A stretch of DNA of 64,000 nucleotides from positions 744,001 through 808,000 of the forward strand of contig NW_003314332.1 in NCBI RefSeq assembly GCF_000143415.4. Reading direction: 5' to 3'. The position numbers and the translations under genes were made by a program. Every line of letters starts with the position of its first letter. Position 1 is the stretch's first letter. The stretch is from Selaginella moellendorffii. Its lineage: Eukaryota; Plantae; Lycopodiophyta. Below the pieces are notes generated by a model. The model did no database searches. It was not told where the DNA came from and saw only the letters and a program-made list of their open reading frames with translations. Shown here piece after piece: positions 62,668 through 64,000 of this stretch.

Positions 62668-63019
62668 CTTTCTTCAGGTCATCACAGTTGTGGTGAATGA
62701 AAAGCCTTGACAGGAGGACTGCCCTCAAACAGGTCTTGAGGGATGAAACAGGAATTGATACAGCCTCTGCAGTGTGTCAGACACAACCAACAGGTCCCGA
62801 GAGCGATCAGCAGTAGGAGAATCGGAACAGATGCCGAAAGACAGGTCCACTGCACCACAATCTCGTATAAGCAACACATCTTTCCGGATCTAGAGATGTC
62901 GAATAGAATCAAAAGACAGGGCTTGCTGATTCTCATCAATGAAAGAATCTCTCTAGAACCAAGAGACTGCTCTAGACCATGCCACAAAAGACTCGGTTGC
63001 CAACCTCTTGGAACTTGTA

Positions 63020-63690
63020 GCTGGCAATACCACATGGAAGAGGATGACAACAAGCCGATTCTGGAGCATGCAGTTGGGTACGTGGTTTCATTTCTTTACT
63101 ATCTTACAATATATTTATTTTTCAGAACCAAAATCGGCTGGAAACCCAGGAAGGACCTGACTATCAAGCTGATGAAGAAGAAGCCTAAGAAGGTGCCAAG
63201 GACACCACCCCTCAGACAAAGTTGCAGGCATGCGAGACTTTTTTTAACTTCTTTAACCCCCTTGAAATCCCAGAAAACGAGGAGGAGATTGATCCTGAAG
63301 AGGTACGATCTTTTATCATCTCTTCTAAAAGGTGTGCATAACTTCTTTCTTTAGGCCGAGGAGCTTCACATGGAACAAGACTATGACGTGGGGTAAGAAC
63401 TATAGTCGGGATCAAAGTTTCGCAACCATGCTAACAACAACCTGAATTTGCAGTGCCACAATTTGCGACAAGATTGTTCCTCATGCCATCTCGTGGTTCA
63501 CTAGCAAAGCAGTGGAATTTGATGATGAGGCGGGAGACGATGAGGAAGATGAAGATGAGGACGACAAGGTGACTGATGATAAGGAGGAATTTGATGCTAA
63601 GGTACATCACTTGGGTTTTTCCCTTCCCTTACTCATTACTTTAATTCGTTTCCTGTCAGGAGGAAGCCAAGCAAACCATGCCAAAGCTGA
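63020..63690 (+). pseudogene. NAP1: Intron-retaining, frameshifted fragment of nucleosome assembly protein 1
   Basis: YHMEEDDNKPILEHAVG|TKIGW...KKKPKK, FFNFFNP, AEELHMEQDYDVG|, DKIVPHAISWFT and an acidic tail. The 5' half is missing. Confidence 0.85.
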
Positions 63691-64000
63691 GCAGTAATCC
63701 TTTTTGATCCTGTCCTTGCTTCTGAATAGTTCCTTGTTTCTGGTCTTTGGCAGGAGTACCTTGAGGTGTTGGTCATGGGATCGGACACGTGGAGCACTTG
63801 GACCAAGGGCAAAGGTTGAGTGGCATGGATGCCATTCTCAGGGCTGGCAAGCCCCAAGTCCTAACTGGGACTTATGGAGGTTGTGAATGAGACTCCTCCA
63901 AGTGGTCGGAGGTGCAATTAAGTGACTAAAGTAAAATGGAAAAATTAGTCGCTTACAATTTACTACCATGACACTAAGCTCGAAATATGTCACGTGACTC

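Overview
This is a very compact, GC-rich land-plant nuclear region. Introns are about 45-75 nt, intergenic gaps are often under 100 bp, and PLS-class PPR genes are numerous. An axonemal dynein light chain occurs alongside a stomatal EPF peptide gene. These traits point to a flagellate-sperm plant with stomata, most likely Selaginella (inference). About 25 intact genes can be read: DYW-PPR, RabGGTase alpha, CDC45, dynein p28, EPF1/2-like (missed by the ORF track), BAHD, LRR-XI RLK, two COPT, CMT1, SEC24, SPX, LHCB6, three PLS-E PPRs, a Dabb protein, an NST1-like/U-box fusion, PRORP-like, nsLTP, fructokinase, a Kir-family channel, a small basic protein, STN1 and CIPK. There are three accessory islands. 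15.5-26 kb holds an intact NTPase+REase-fold (Crinkler/CR-like) gene, decayed relatives and a hAT remnant. 38.2-41 kb holds PPR pseudogene debris. 58.2-64 kb holds a Gypsy remnant, repeats and an intron-containing NAP1 fragment. The top leads are: (1) an inward-rectifier (Kir/IRK) channel with a non-canonical TTFGGS filter; (2) a CR-like locus with shared header exons and different C-termini; (3) a PRORP paralog lacking catalytic aspartates; (4) candidate polycistronic gene runs. Gene models were spliced by eye and homologies are from recalled family motifs, not database searches.
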